A DNA stretch of 63,027 nt, filler included, from Diploschistes diacapsis (lineage: Eukaryota), in NCBI GenBank assembly GCA_023645945.1. It is 19 parts of 19 records of this genome, joined end to end, with 100 filler letters (N's around TTAATTAATTAA, not from the genome) between each part and the next. Parts side by side here need not be neighbours in the genome. Positions count along the whole stretch, not along the records: positions 1 to 20,173 come from JALAIB010000353.1; 18 more parts are not named here. One strand, given 5' to 3'. The notes beneath the pieces were generated by a model that did no database searches, had not been told where the DNA came from, and was given only the letters and a program-made list of their open reading frames with translations. Position 1 is the first letter of the stretch. Every line of letters starts with the position of its first letter. Below are positions 1 through 14,254 of the stretch, piece by piece. A program made the position numbers and the translations under genes.

Positions 1-795
1 GTGGAGGTAGATTTCTGAGAGGGAGTGTTTGGCGGCTGGTTGGAAGGGATGGGATAGAAGGGGAGGGTGGGGAGCAGGAAAGGGGGTGAGGTTTGAGAGG
101 GAGAACATACTCCAAACTTTCGAGACGAGGTGGTCTACTTGGTCCTCCATTCCAGATGTAGGTACGTTGGATCTACCAAGAGTAGGGGTGGAACAGCGAG
201 CTGTTGGACTAGTGTAGCCTGGCTGCTTGGGCTCCATTCCACCGGGATTAATTTTCACGTCTTCCAAGTATGCATTGGATCAGACTACTTGGGTAGAAGC
301 TGTTATAGAAGAGTAGTCTTAGTAAAGCGTTTCTACTACTGGGAAGTCGAGCATTTTGATTGATTCTCGTTGTCTCAGTTTCCAAGTATCTCAGAAGTAT
401 TGTCATGAGGTTCTCACCTGATTTCGACTACAAGAATAGATACCTAATCTCTAGAATTACCCATGAGACATTGATACGAGTATCTGGCCTTACGACCATG
501 GAGTTTTCAAAAACATGCCATTCCGCCTCAAACTCATATGGTCAAGGAAAGATCTTTTGCAACAAATATGCTGTAGTATTTGCTTTTCGCAACAAACTAG
601 TTAATAGGCTATTGAAAATCTTGTTGGCATACAAGTCCTGACCAGATACAATAAGGTCTTTATCACAACCTGATTTGAGAAGTGGCTAAAGAGGTCTGTT
701 GAAACGACCCAAGCCTTAGTTGTTAAGCACTTAACTTGTTATCACCACCATGCTACCTAGCACCTTGCCTTCACCTCTAAATCTGCAACGACGTT

Positions 796-1676
796 CTACT
801 TACGGATAACCGCAAAATAAGTTATTTTCACTGTTGGATCGAGCTTCACCCAAGACAAATCTTTATTCTCTCGTACAGGTATTTCGAGGAATCCGGTCTC
901 TGCAGTCCACTCGGTATTCGTTTATGCACCAACTTGACCCCAAATCTTTTCCCAGCTTGCCTCATTGTGGCGATAGGCGTGTCCTTTCGCTACGGCATAG
1001 GATACTCTCCAGCGTCTTTGCTGCCGACCTGGTGGCCAACAATCATCGAGCCTACTCGGGGCTTGGTGAAAGAAACCAGCCGTTTAGCAGCAACAATCAT
1101 ATCAACCCAGTCCCGGCGTGAAGAACGAGCGCGGCATGAACAATGTCCATCTTTCCTTCAAGCTCTGAGAGACCTTGAGGAACTTCTGGGTGTTCCATTA
1201 AATCTCCCGAAGTCTGAGTCGCCCGCAGCTTCTCACGGTCACAGAACAGCTCATAACCAGCCTTGATAAGCCAGGCTCTAAGTCGAAGGCATGAAGTTGC
1301 TCTCCTGGTATTCCATCGAAGTGAACTAGGAAACGAAGTTCTTGACCCAAGCAGCAGCCAGCGTCTACCAAGATCCCGCCACAGCGAAGGATACCTGGGA
1401 TCTGTTCGCGCCGTGGGTGTCTGCGGATGGCGAGTCCAAGAAGTACACTTTTCCAATGCAAGGGCAGGTCCATATTGCATAGGCTGTGTCTCTGATACTC
1501 TGAACATGGGGAATGACTTCTCTGGGTGCAATGCCACTATACTGCTCTAATAGAACTCGGGCCTCATTAGGAATAGATTTAATCTCCTTCGTATACCTTT
1601 TTGATGCTTCAGAGTCTGTTTGACGGACCCCGTCAAACGTTTCGGGACCATGGCTTTTGGTTCTCTGAACGGACAT
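796..1676 (-). pseudogene. Class I SAM-dependent methyltransferase pseudogene (AusD/UstM-like fungal family)
   Basis: Family motifs are spread over different frames: LLEQYSGIAP..IRDTAYAIWTCPCIG..FLD / LVDAGCCLGQELRFL..DG..FDLEPG / GYELF.D / YRHNEASWEKIWGQVG. There are apparent 1-bp frameshifts near 1433, 1268 and 1113 and in-frame stops further downstream. Confidence 0.75.
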
Positions 1677-2683
1677 CTCACGTCTTTTGATAGGCGATAA
1701 ACTCTCCTTTGAAGTCCCGTAACTGCCGGAAGAGCAAATATGGTGAGAATGACTAGCTGTTCTCAACTTGAGGGCCTCAAAGTACGGTTAGAACCTAGGG
1801 GTAGGTCTCTGAATGAGTAGCAAGCGCAACCAGAATGGGCAGCCAAGTCTCTTTATACTTTCTGACACATTGGGGGCCGTACATAGATCCTTGCTTTCGT
1901 CACAAGAATAAGCTCAGCGCTCAAGGGCTGGCTATAAGAATGGCTCGGGCAATCGGGCTCGCCGCTATTCAAGACCGATAGCAGGTTCGGATGGTCGGGT
2001 CGGGCTTGTTGAGACATCCTGTGATATTCTACAAGTGCAGATATAATCGAGGCCTTGGAGATGATGGCTTCACCCGTCTGGTAGGTACCCACGGTGAATC
2101 TCTGCTTTAGTCCATTGGCAAGGTAATACAGTTCAGCTGTTCACTATAGTGCAGGGTCTCCACTTGAACTGGCGTTAAGGAGTGACAGCGTTATTCATGC
2201 GGTTCTATTCAATCCCTTTTCTTGTTGTATCTTTCTTGCAGCATAGGTCGCGTTGCCTCACTAGTCTGCCCATGCTAACAAGTGTTAATCCATCATGAAT
2301 GCGTTGTTTAACTCTACCTTGGCCTGTTAATTACTTACCCTGTGGATTTGATAGGCTATCCTATAGAATAGCTCGTGTTTGTAGATACTCGGGTTGGACA
2401 ATCGCGAATGTCTTTCTCTATGGAGCTTGGATTCAGTCATGCTGTGTGCTAGACACTAATGTGATATATTCACACTCGCAAAACATCAACATACCACCAT
2501 AGTTGAAGTGAGGCAAAGTTACTGCATGTTGTATTATAACTTAGCATACTAGCGGGAATCTGGACTGGTTTTTAACGGTTGACGTTGGCAAGATCAACTA
2601 CCCTTTTTTCCCCGCAGAGCGAAGCTCACCTCGATTGGTATACACAAAACCTTGCAATACCTGAACCCACCATATTCTTTGAT

Positions 2684-4584
2684 ATGGCCTCCGATCCTCC
2701 ACTCAAGCCGAAGTCAGGGCTATCACTGTACGCAAATCTCCTGGACCCAAACTCTGATGCTTCGATGCCGGGCACCATTTCCCGAGCCCCCGTCGTTTTC
2801 AAACAACCTGAAGACGAAGCTCAGAAGGAAGACGACTCTGCACAAAAGCAGAAGATCAATGCTGGTAGATAAGCATTCGCCCCGTAAATGCTGATTGAAA
2901 AATTGGGTTGGCTCACGTTGTGCTCGGTGGCCTGGATTTGACAGCTGCGCTACGCTTTCAGCCAACAAAAAGACCTCAACTAGCGGCTCAGAAACAGGCA
3001 CAAAAAATTGCTCAGGCCAAAGCTGCTGCGATCACAGCTTCCCTGAGCGCATCGGTGCAGGCCCAGCCGACTTTAACGACTTCAGAAGCGAAGGAAACCG
3101 CCCAGCGTCCAGCCGCTAAGACGACAATTGCAGACTGGACAGGGGATGGGGACGAGGACGAAATCAATGGATTCTATGGAGGGGAGAAGCGCCAACGGGG
3201 TGGTCGTAAGAAACGCAAAAAGAACAAGTCGGAGGCACCCGCTACACAGAATTGGGACGATATCTACGATCCATCGAGGCCCAATAACTATGAAGAGTAC
3301 AAACACAGCGAGGAGAAGATACGAGAGGTGCGAGAATGGAAAGACAGACTGTACGCGCATAGGATGGCAAGACAGAAAGATTATTCGGAAAGTGACGGGG
3401 AGGATTACAGACCGCAAATGAGTAGTAAGAACATAGAGCACATCCTTTCATATTCTACTAAGGCTTCGCTAGACAGATTTGCACCCCCGTCGATGTCTTT
3501 CGCACCTCCCCCTGTTGCTGGCGATAGAGGACCACCTCCTCCCACTGCAGAGGTGCCGAATGACGCTATGGGAGAAGACGCGGATGAGCGTCGCACGCGG
3601 ATGTCACAGCATTCCTATCAACCACCTCCTCCGCCCCCAGCTGAAGTTTCTAACCATGCTACGGGCGATGACGCCTATGCCAGACGCCTACGCATGTCCC
3701 AGCAGCCGCCGGTAATTGAAGGGCAACCTGTTCCCCCTCCACCACCACCACCGCCGGAGATCGCACCATTGCCTGTTGCTACTCCACCAGCCCTAACAGA
3801 CAATCTACCTACTACGATTACGAGGGCACCAGTCCGCTACAACCTACCCCCACCGCCTCCAGAAATACCCACAACGGAGGCTGAACTCGAAGCGGCATTG
3901 CGAGAAGAGGATGAGCAGCTGGAAGAACCGGCCGAAGAGGCTCCTCGCTCATTGCGACCTGGACAGAAGGGATTCGCCGAACGGCTCATGAGTAAATACG
4001 GGTGGACAAAAGGTACTGGACTAGGTGCGAATAATAGCGGTATCGTCAATCCTCTACGGGTGCAGATCGAGAAGCAAAAGAAAAAATCGGATGCCGAGGG
4101 TGGAGGCTTTGTCGGTCCGGGCGGCCGCGGGAAGATAATTGGGGGCAAGAAGAAAGGAGGTGGGGAGGAAGACCAGGGCAAATTTGGCCCCATGAGTGAA
4201 GTTATCATCTTGAAGGACATGCTGGATGGAATGGATCTTGATTTCGAGTTAGGAGAAGGGAACTTGATGCAAGAGATTGGCGAGGAATGTGGGGAGAAGG
4301 TAAGCTGGAGCAACGATCCTGACCAGGCCATCCTCTGACACGAACATAGTACGGACGAGTCGAACGCGTTTATATCGATCGTCACAAACCTCCAAATCCG
4401 CCGGTCTTTATTAAGTTTACGAATCAACTGTCCGCTCTAAGAGTGAGTGAGGCCTCTTATGTCGGGGTGTATTTCTAACTTTGGCCAGGCCGTGAACGCT
4501 CTGGAGGGACGAGTCTTCAATGGCAATGCCATTGTGGCGAGGTTCTACGACAGCGAGTTGTTCGAGAAAGGAGTGTATGTTTGA
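2684..4584 (+). CDS. SPF45: Splicing factor 45 / DRT111-like G-patch and UHM/RRM protein (spliced)
   Basis: SF45 motif NWDDIYDPSRPNNYEEY, G-patch GFAERLMSKYGWTKGTGLG, and C-terminal UHM (EIGEECGEK-YGRVERV..ALRAVNALEGRVFNGNAIVARFYD). GT-AG introns start at about 2865, 3425, 4300 and 4443. Confidence 0.88.
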
Positions 4585-5188
4585 TCACGATTCCAGTGCG
4601 CGCAGGTATCAGTATCCTAGGCCTGTACTTCGAGGCTCAATGATGTTATTGCGTGCTGGCGGTCTCAAGAGACCTTGACCTACATTATTCATTCCGTTAA
4701 GTAGACTGCTAGGTGATATATTGACAGTTAAGTAGCAAGAAATACCAACCACCGGGTATCAAGCAAAAAATTGCGTGCACACAACAGATACATGTAGTGA
4801 GAACTTCTGAGTGGGCGCAGGAGGGAAGCAAAGCAAAGCCCCCTTGGAAGCCAAGGCTGGGGGGTTAGATCTGCTTATAGTAGCCGACAACGAAGTTCCT
4901 CGTAAAAGACAAATTTAGCAGCTGCCCCCAAATTTCTCCATTATCTGACCATCACATCTCTGATTCGAACGGACTTCACCTGCCTTTGGATTCTCCCTTG
5001 TATTGATTGCCAGTTTCGTTGATCACCGTCCACTCGTTGCTTATGTCTACATCCATTGCTAGCTTCGGTCCTAGTTAATCGCCGATTCCTCGACTGGTGG
5101 CAAGCACGAACGTTTTCTGCGGTTCTGAGGGCCGCCGCCTTTCTCTTCTAATAACACCCACTGTTCTTCGCATCTCCGTCTCGTCGAC

Positions 5189-6678
<1,490 letters not shown>

Positions 6679-7335
6679 TTGCGCAACACATGTGTTTCTT
6701 TCTAACACACATGCATGAGACTCGCTTCTTGTGGGGATGAGGTATAATCAGAGGGTAGGGCAGCAACAACCGTACCGCCCTCACGTTCAGCGGCTTCGCC
6801 TTATACATATCTATAGTTCGGAGAGGAGCCTTGGAGCCGTATCATTTGACGAACCAAGGAGGCGAAAAGCGAGCGTCACTCAAGAGCTGACGACGCTGGC
6901 GTTTATTGAAGGGAAGTGGGATGAACGAAGGACGAAGCAGATAATGTTCGGATGTGCAGCATCATGGGCGGCGTTTTCGAGATCCGAGTTCCCAATATTC
7001 TGTACATTGGTCGACGAAAGGGCGTGCGTGAATGGTGTGGCAGCACGAGATTCGGTCTCTAGCAGAAACGAGGAATTGGAGGGTGTCTCCACTAGTCTAG
7101 GGCAAATGTACGGCATGAGCGAAATCGCTTATATGTATCATGTATCGCGGACCGAGGGGAAAGGAAGCGTCCATCCCGGCTGCAAACAACAGGGCTTAGT
7201 TAGGTATACTAATTCTTCTATTTTCATGATGCTCCTGTATCTCGTTCGCTGACTTTGTGCTGTGTCGCCGGTAGGTAAAGTCAGCACACTACGCTAAGCA
7301 TTTCACCCTAGAGGGAGGGCATAATGCCTCCTGCC

Positions 7336-9382
7336 TCACTTCCGCTGCCTCTTGCTACTCTTCTCGCTCGCCATGCTCATCACGCTCGCACTCCGCTTGT
7401 GCACGCCTGCCGCGGCAGCGCTCCGCATACCCTTCGTGCTCGGCGCGTCTTCCATATCCTCGTCCTCGTCCTCGTCTTCGTCTTCGCATGCTTCTTCTTC
7501 CACCTGCTCCTCGGCTTCGGATTCTTCGACGTCCTCTTCTCCGTCCCCGGCCTCTGCCGCCGGCGCCAAATCGTCGTCCGCGTCACTTTGATCTTCTGCT
7601 TCTGCTTCGGCATCCGCTCCTGTTCCAGCGTCTTCGTTGGCCTTGTCCTCGTCCGCTTCGTTATCAGATGTGGCTTGGTGGGCACTGCTGGCGTGCACAT
7701 CTTCGTCCTCGTCTTCGTCTCCGTCTTCTTCGTCTTCCTCCGCTTCAACCTCAGCGTCAGCCTCCCCTTCCGCGTCGGACTCGTCCTTCTCGCCATCTCC
7801 CTCTGCGCCACCAAAACCTTGATCTCGTTCCCCGTCTTCTCCCCCAGCTTCCGCACATCCAGCAGCCTATGCACCGCCTGGATCAGCAGCTCGTACTCCT
7901 CGCACACCCGCGCCGTCGGCATCGCCGCCCGCAGCGGCAGCCCCAGCTGCGCAATCACGGCCTGCAGCTTCTGCGACTGCGCCGTCGACTTGGCCAGTAT
8001 CAGCTTGTCCACGCGGCCCGAGCGGAACGACACGCCCGAGCCCAGCCGCTCGTGGCTCGACACCCCGAACCGCGCTTCCTCCCGCGCCGAGAGATGTCGC
8101 GGCTGGTGCTTGGTCGCCGCCCCCGTGCCCGCGGTGGAGCCTTTCTTCGTGGTCGAGCCGCCTGCCACGCTCCCGCTGATGGACCCGCGGTGGTCGCGCT
8201 GCAGGCTGGGCGTCGCTTGTCCGGCCGGCGTGCCCTGCGCCGGACTCGACACCGCGTCGCCGCCGCCGCCGCCGCCGCCGGTGAGGGAGCGCCGCTTCTT
8301 CGCCTTGTCGGCGTGCAGCAACGTCTGCACGAGCTGGTTCAGCCCCGCGCTCGTCTCGTACGCGGCTATGCTGCCCTGCGCGACGGGGTAGTCGAGGCGG
8401 GAGTACAGCTCGCGGCGTTCCTGGAGGAAGCGCTCTTCGTTCGTGACGATGCGCTTGAGTTCCGAGAGCAGCGTTTCTTCTTCTTTGATCTCCTCGGGCG
8501 AGCGCGCGAGCAGGGCTTCGGCCAGGCGCTTGCGCGTCGCTTCGCGCTGCGGGTCGAATTTGGTCATGCGCTCGTAAGCTTCAAATTCGGGTTCGGACAT
8601 GCTGGCGGGAGGGTGGGAGACCACGAGGGCTTTGGAGGCGCAGGTGTAGTAGCGCGCTTTGAGGTCTTCCATTGTGCGGGGTTTGGGTGTGTGGGTGACA
8701 GCCGTGGAGTCGTCGGAGGGTTGTTGTCGGGTTTCTTTGGGTTGGTAGTCGTAGCGGTCGGCGACTAGGATCCAACGGAGGTCGAAGTCTTGGACAAGCT
8801 GGAAGAGATAGTCGGTTTCTTCGCGGGTCCAGTCGTCGCTCTTGAGCTGAGCCTCGTAGAGCTCGTCGTTGTAGCGTGGAACGATGACCTTGTGATTATA
8901 TTGAGCCCAATGAGACCCGGTTGCACGAGGTGTGTTGCTCTTCACGTCTTCTACCCTCGGCTCTGCAGGCGTCGCTGGTGCGTCGGGTGCGGGAGGTTGA
9001 ACGCTGAGTTTCTTGACCCAATGGTGCAAGACGAGCGCATCTTTACGGCAAGGATTCGTGAAAGCTTGCCATTCCCTATATCTCCCTTAGTATGCATCAC
9101 TATTGCAAGAGCAATCCAGCTCACCATGGCTGCGCTTTCCGCGTAACCTTGAACTTCTTCTGATATTTTTCTGTTTCTGGCTGTAGGACGACTGGTGGCA
9201 TGCGCTCGCCGATCAGGCTGAAGACCTCCTTGGAGATGTTGTCTACGGCAATTAGCAAGCGCTGGATAAGGACGATAGGATCTTGTACCAGGCCTTCGAA
9301 CGACGAGCTTCTGCTTCTTTGCCGGCCTTGGGCCTTCGGCGACCTTTACATCAAGGATGTCGCGCACATCGTTGGAAGCCAT
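7336..9382 (-). CDS. SWC4: SWR1/NuA4 subunit Swc4/Eaf2 (DMAP1 homolog), spliced, with an apparent frameshift near 7800
   Basis: MASNDVRDIL start, FTNPA..L.L.HHWVKK, SANT domain WTREETDYLFQLVQDFDLRWILVADRY..RTMEDLKARYY, FDPQREATRK. The acidic tail ending HKRSASVMSMASEKSSKRQRK is in a different frame. Confidence 0.9.
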
Positions 9383-9627
9383 AGCCGTAGGAGACTCCCA
9401 GCTGATAGCTGTAATTTTTGCAAGTCTGCGTATTCAGTCTACTCTATAAACTCAACAACTTGGAGCAAGTGTAGAGTGACTGAAATGCTGAGAGTCTCGA
9501 AGTGTTTCAGCCAATCACAAACAACTCCACAGATCCTTGCCTGCCGCCCGAGCAGGCCAAAGTTTCCGCAACGCTACGACAACCAAATTCAAGTTTCTAC
9601 GGAGGGGGTATCAGGAGCGATCACGAC

Positions 9628-10452
9628 ATGAGCAGCTTACGCTTTTCAAGAGCCGGGCGACTGTCTCTGCTGCTTTTGCTTTTGCTTTCAGGCGTTAGCA
9701 ATGCCCTCTATTTCTACCTGGATAGCATGACACCGAAGTGCTTTTTTGAGGAGCTCCCGAAGGACACCTTGGTCGTGGGTACGTTCTTATGCAGTCCTTG
9801 ACCTTCAGGGAACCACCATTCGCATACTAGACCCAAATGAGGCGTTTAATTAACATCGTATAGGCAACTACAAAGCCGAAGAATGGAACGGCGAAACCCA
9901 AACCTATGGCCAAAACCCCAACATGAACGTTCAGATCACGGTCGAGGAGGTGTTCGATAACTATCACAAAGTCGTCAGCCAAAAGGGCCGTAACGAAGGC
10001 CGCTTCACATTCACGGCTGCCGAGGCCGGCGATCACAAGATCTGCTTCACACCGTCTCGGGCAGCTGTCGCGGGTGTTTCGGTTTCGGGCAAGATCCAGG
10101 GGACTATCAAGATGACACTGGATCTTGCGATTGGGGAGACGAGTAAGATCGAGAGGACGGATAAGGGAAAGATATCGGATATCGTGGGGAAGGTTGGGGA
10201 TTTGAAGGCAAGGTTGGCGGATGTTAGGAGGGAGCAGGTGTTTCAGAGGGTGGGGATACCATTGCTTTCTTTTCCACAAGGTTATTCCTAACTTTTTCCC
10301 AGGAACGCGAAGCCGAGTTTCGAGATCAATCCGAACTTACCAACTCCCGAGTGGTCCGATGGACTATCATGCAGCTGGTGGTGTTGGGTGTTACGTGCGC
10401 TTGGCAATTGACCCATTTGAGGGCGTTCTTCATCAAGCAGAAGTTGACATAG
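9628..10452 (+). CDS. ERP1: p24/emp24/gp25L cargo receptor (Erp1-like, GOLD domain), spliced
   Basis: Signal peptide, LYFYL..KCFFEELPKDTLVVG, GRFTFTA..GDHKICF, RREQVFQR-EREAEFRDQSELTNSRVVRW, TM segment and FFIKQKLT stop. Introns at about 9779-9863 and 10250-10302. Confidence 0.88.
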
Positions 10453-11335
10453 TTGGGACTCTCTGGGGTTGTGAAGAAAGCATTCTACTTCAAAGCAAGC
10501 AACGTAATAAAAGCTGTCTCTCATAATCTGATCACTGTTAGGGTCCACAGGAGCAGGGGTCAGCTGTCACCCGAGAAACAGAAGCAGAAGATCCCTTAGC
10601 AGTCGCTTGTTCTCTTTGGTCAATACTGGCCTCCGCAATTCTCCTTCTTGTTCTCATATACTTTCTTGTAGGGTGGGGGCGGATAATGTCCTTCGGGGCG
10701 TTCTTCATCACTTCTGCTCTATGGATTTGACGATACGCCTCGAGAGCAAAATGCTAAGGATCGGGTGCTTTTGCTCTTATAAGTGTCCAAAGCTGAGGGC
10801 GATTGCGGCATACCTTTGCGGGTTTTGAAGGTGCTGAGAAATCAGCTTGGCTGTAGTAGGTTTTTGAATGATATGCCTTTTTTATGAACATCTTAGCTTC
10901 TGATCGAAGAGATCTGCTCATAACATCTTTGGATATGTCGTACTCAGCATAGGTAGTCCGGATAACGACAGTCCTTTCTTTTGATAAGTACCGTCACTTC
11001 TGATCAAAGACAACTCGTTAACAACACTATTAGGTATATCTTGCTAGAGATAGGCACGAGGCATAATGCTGCTGTGCAAGTTAGCAACGATGGCTGCACC
11101 TCAGAAATATAAGCAGGTTCTTTAGTAAGTAAGCAGATTTGAAAAATAATATTCATAATTCTTTCAAGTAATAATTCGCTCTTCCGTAATGATTCCGTGA
11201 ATGTGTATATCCCTGCCATAGAGGAGCTCTTCCAAACGTGACTGTAATGCCTAACCTTTTCCCACCTGGTATTTCCATGCAGCGCTAAATGCAAACATAA
11301 AACTGCCTCGCTCATTCTATCCCATTTCTTCACCA

Positions 11336-11926
11336 CTAACCCTGCTGCATCCTCACCTTCTCCTCCCCAAACACCCTCCTACTCATGGCCAGCACGCTCT
11401 CGAATCCTTCCCGCCCCTTCTTCGCGTTCTCCCCAAATCGCTCCACACTCGCCTCCTCAATTTTACTCCTAATCTTCTGCCACCCGCCACACAGCGCCGT
11501 GATCTTCGCCTCCTGTGCAAACTGCGTCCGCTCGTGATCGCTCCTCTCCCCTTCCCTTCCCTTCTCCCTCTCCAAGACAGGCGAGTACGTCACCGTCTCC
11601 CTCACGCTCAGAATATTCGACCACGTCAGGTTCGTCGACACCATCGTGACCTTCTTCGCCCGCGCATCAACGTACGAGATCTCGTGCACGTGCGAGGTGC
11701 TGGCGCCGCCCAGCATGGCGAGCACCCATGCGGGCGCGGTCTGCTGGCAGGTGATGAGGCGCTCCGTGCGCAGGATGCCAGTGGGGGAGTCGAGGGTGCG
11801 GGAGAGGGTGTCGACCGCGATTACGTGCGTGGATTTGTCGTTCCAAGGGCAGTATTTGCGCCAGTTTGCTGTTGAGACTTCGGACCAGGAGTAGTCGAAG
11901 ATGCAGTTTGAGGAGAAGACTTTCAT
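11336..11926 (-). CDS. UPS2: PRELI/MSF1-domain mitochondrial lipid transfer protein (Ups2/Msf1)
   Basis: MKVFSS..FDYSWSEVSTANWRKYCPWNDKSTHVIAVDTL..LRTERLITC..F..NAKKGREGFESVL. Single exon. Confidence 0.9.
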   Translation of the reverse strand: MKVFSSNCIFDYSWSEVSTANWRKYCPWNDKSTHVIAVDTLSRTLDSPTGILRTERLITCQQTAPAWVLAMLGGASTSHVHEISYVDARAKKVTMVSTNLTWSNILSVRETVTYSPVLEREKGREGERSDHERTQFAQEAKITALCGGWQKIRSKIEEASVERFGENAKKGREGFESVLAMSRRVFGEEKVRMQQG

Positions 11927-12870
11927 TGTTGATATGGAGGGCCCCGATGGGGGGAAGACTGAGGAGAGGTTCAGTGGTGGAAGTGGTGGATAGGATGATC
12001 GGATTTGTTGTGTGTGGCGTGAAATATCGTGTGAAGATATGGATTGCTGGAGACTTGACGCGGGGGGCGGGATACAAATAGGTGTTGCTCTTTGAATGTT
12101 CTTCAAGAGAGCAAGGCGTTCTGCAGAAGGACTTGATAATGTATGATCGTCTCAGTATGTATGTCAATTCTAACCAAATGAACGGCGGGAAGAAGTTTTT
12201 TCTTTTGATATATCTGACGGACAAACGGCTTGTCCAGTAAGTACTTGAAAAGTTTGTCCCTTGGCCCGGCGATATCGGCTTTTTCCGGAGCACGGTGAAA
12301 CAAAGAACCGAAGCAGCTTAATCATTCAGCTTAGTCACCTAGACTTGTTAGCCTCATTGGTCAAACCAAACACCCAAAATCCTTTCCACCACTGGGGGAA
12401 ATCTTGATGGCCTGCTTTTTCCCCCTTTCTTGCTCTTTACATTCGTCGGATCACTAAGATGTGTCTAATAATCCTGCAAACTGCTTGCTCCATCAAATTT
12501 CCCGCTTCCTGTACCACACCGCACAAGAACATGGGAAAGTGAACGAACTTTAATCCTGGGCCTTATCTGGCTAGGGAAGCTGCCATGCGTGGTGCGTGCG
12601 GAGCAAGGTGTCAGCCGGCAACTTACTAACCTCATTCTTCTTGAACGTCTCCTTTCTAGCAGAAATTCACACGTTTCTTGCTTCTTCAATTACCATTGCA
12701 AGTAGTATATCTTCTTTTCGCTACTCTAGCTCTCTGCTCTTTTTCCAGCCACCTCAGCCGATCATTTGAAGGGTGCAGTATCGAAGCGCATTCACAACCT
12801 TTGTTCAATTGCATTTTGCTTTTACTATCACTATTCGCCTGAGCTTTGTCGCTTTCGGTCTGTAAACATT

Positions 12871-13782
12871 ATGCCTGAGTTGCGCAAAAGGAAAGCTCAT
12901 CAACAACCATCTCAACCTCCTCCAGCGACGAAGAAAGGAAGCAGTGTATCAAAAACATTTGACAAAGTCAAGGCTGCGGTGACCAGCAAGGGAGATGCAG
13001 AAGCTCCGTCTTCAGCTCCAACATCCAGCGGTTATCCCTCTGTAGGATCTACTCTTGCCTTGAATGGATTTGGGGGGGAAATTGAAACCCACGACGGCTC
13101 CAAGACTACTTTGAAGCAGCTCGTTGAACAGAGTGCCGGAGGGGTCGTACTATTTACGTATCCCAAAGCCTCCACACCAGGATGTGAGTACAAGTTCGAG
13201 CGCATGACCTTCAAGAGAAAGCATTGTTCTCACTTAGATCGCTGATGCCATCTAGGCACAAATCAAGCCTGTATGTTTCGCGATGATTACACGCCATTGA
13301 CTGGAACTGGATTCGCCATCTATGGACTTTCTCGCGACTCTCCAAAGGCAAATACGACCTTCAAAACCAAGCAGAATCTACCATATACCCTGCTTTGCGA
13401 TCCCTCTGCCACTCTTATTGAAGCTATCGGTATGAAGAAGAATGGAACTTCAACGACCAGAGGTGTTTTTGTAGTCGACAAGGAAGGCAAAGTCCTTGCT
13501 GCCGAAGCTGGAGGTCCCGCGGCTACCGTGGGGGTTGTGAAGAAGCTGGTAGCGGAAAACAGCGACGCACCAAGCACGGCTGAGCCCAAGGAGAGCGAAA
13601 GCGCTCCAACAGCGACCGCAGAGAACGCTGCAATTCTAGCTGCAGCCGCGGAATCCGAGGACAAGATCGACAACGAGGGTGACAAAGCCAAGGCTGAAGT
13701 TGCAGCTGAGGTCGCAAATACGGCAGCGCAGCTGGACGGCACTCCAAAAGCAACAACCCCTGCGGTGAGCGGAGCACCTTGA
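12871..13782 (+). CDS. DOT5: Peroxiredoxin Q/BCP family (Dot5-like), one intron
   Basis: VVLFTYPKASTPGC-[intron about 13184-13255]-TNQACMFRD, IYGLSRDSPKAN..FKTKQNLPYTLLCDP. Basic NLS-like N-terminus ELRKRK. Confidence 0.88.
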
Positions 13783-14254
13783 GAGACGTCTAGGTGGTGG
13801 AAGTATGTGATCATAGTATACTAATGTGCTTTGTACGCTCCTGCCACCAGCTAGAGAAGCCGGCATTGCCGTTTTCAAAAAACTGGGCAAAGTGTTTTAA
13901 TCTTGCTATTCATTATGTATCTATATGCAGCCATGTGCCTCTTGTGATAAGCTGAAGTAGTAGAACCGATCCCACACAAGCCATTAATTTGTTATCCCAT
14001 GTGTTTCCAAACTTGGTCTTGGAAGATATCTTAACTCCTGTGGAAGTAAGAGCTTTCTTCCCCTCAACCCCGGGCAGCTTCGTAGGGCTGGTGATTTCGA
14101 GGATCCTCCCAGCTTGCCATCCTGCCATCCATCTCGACTCCAAGCTTTCTTTGAACATCAGCTACAAATCTCAAATCTCATTCTTGTGTTCTTGGAATAG
14201 TAGCGTGGTGTTTTCCCTTCGACGGCTTCGATCACTGACACGAACCGTCTAGCT

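Noticed and set aside
6731..7252. 173-aa ORF between ANP1 and SWC4
   Set aside because: It lies in the convergent 3' UTR region and shows no recognisable domain or coding-like composition.
7324..8768. Long + strand ORFs (355 and 426 aa)
   Set aside because: They are antisense shadows of the GC3-rich SWC4 coding sequence and have no recognisable motifs.
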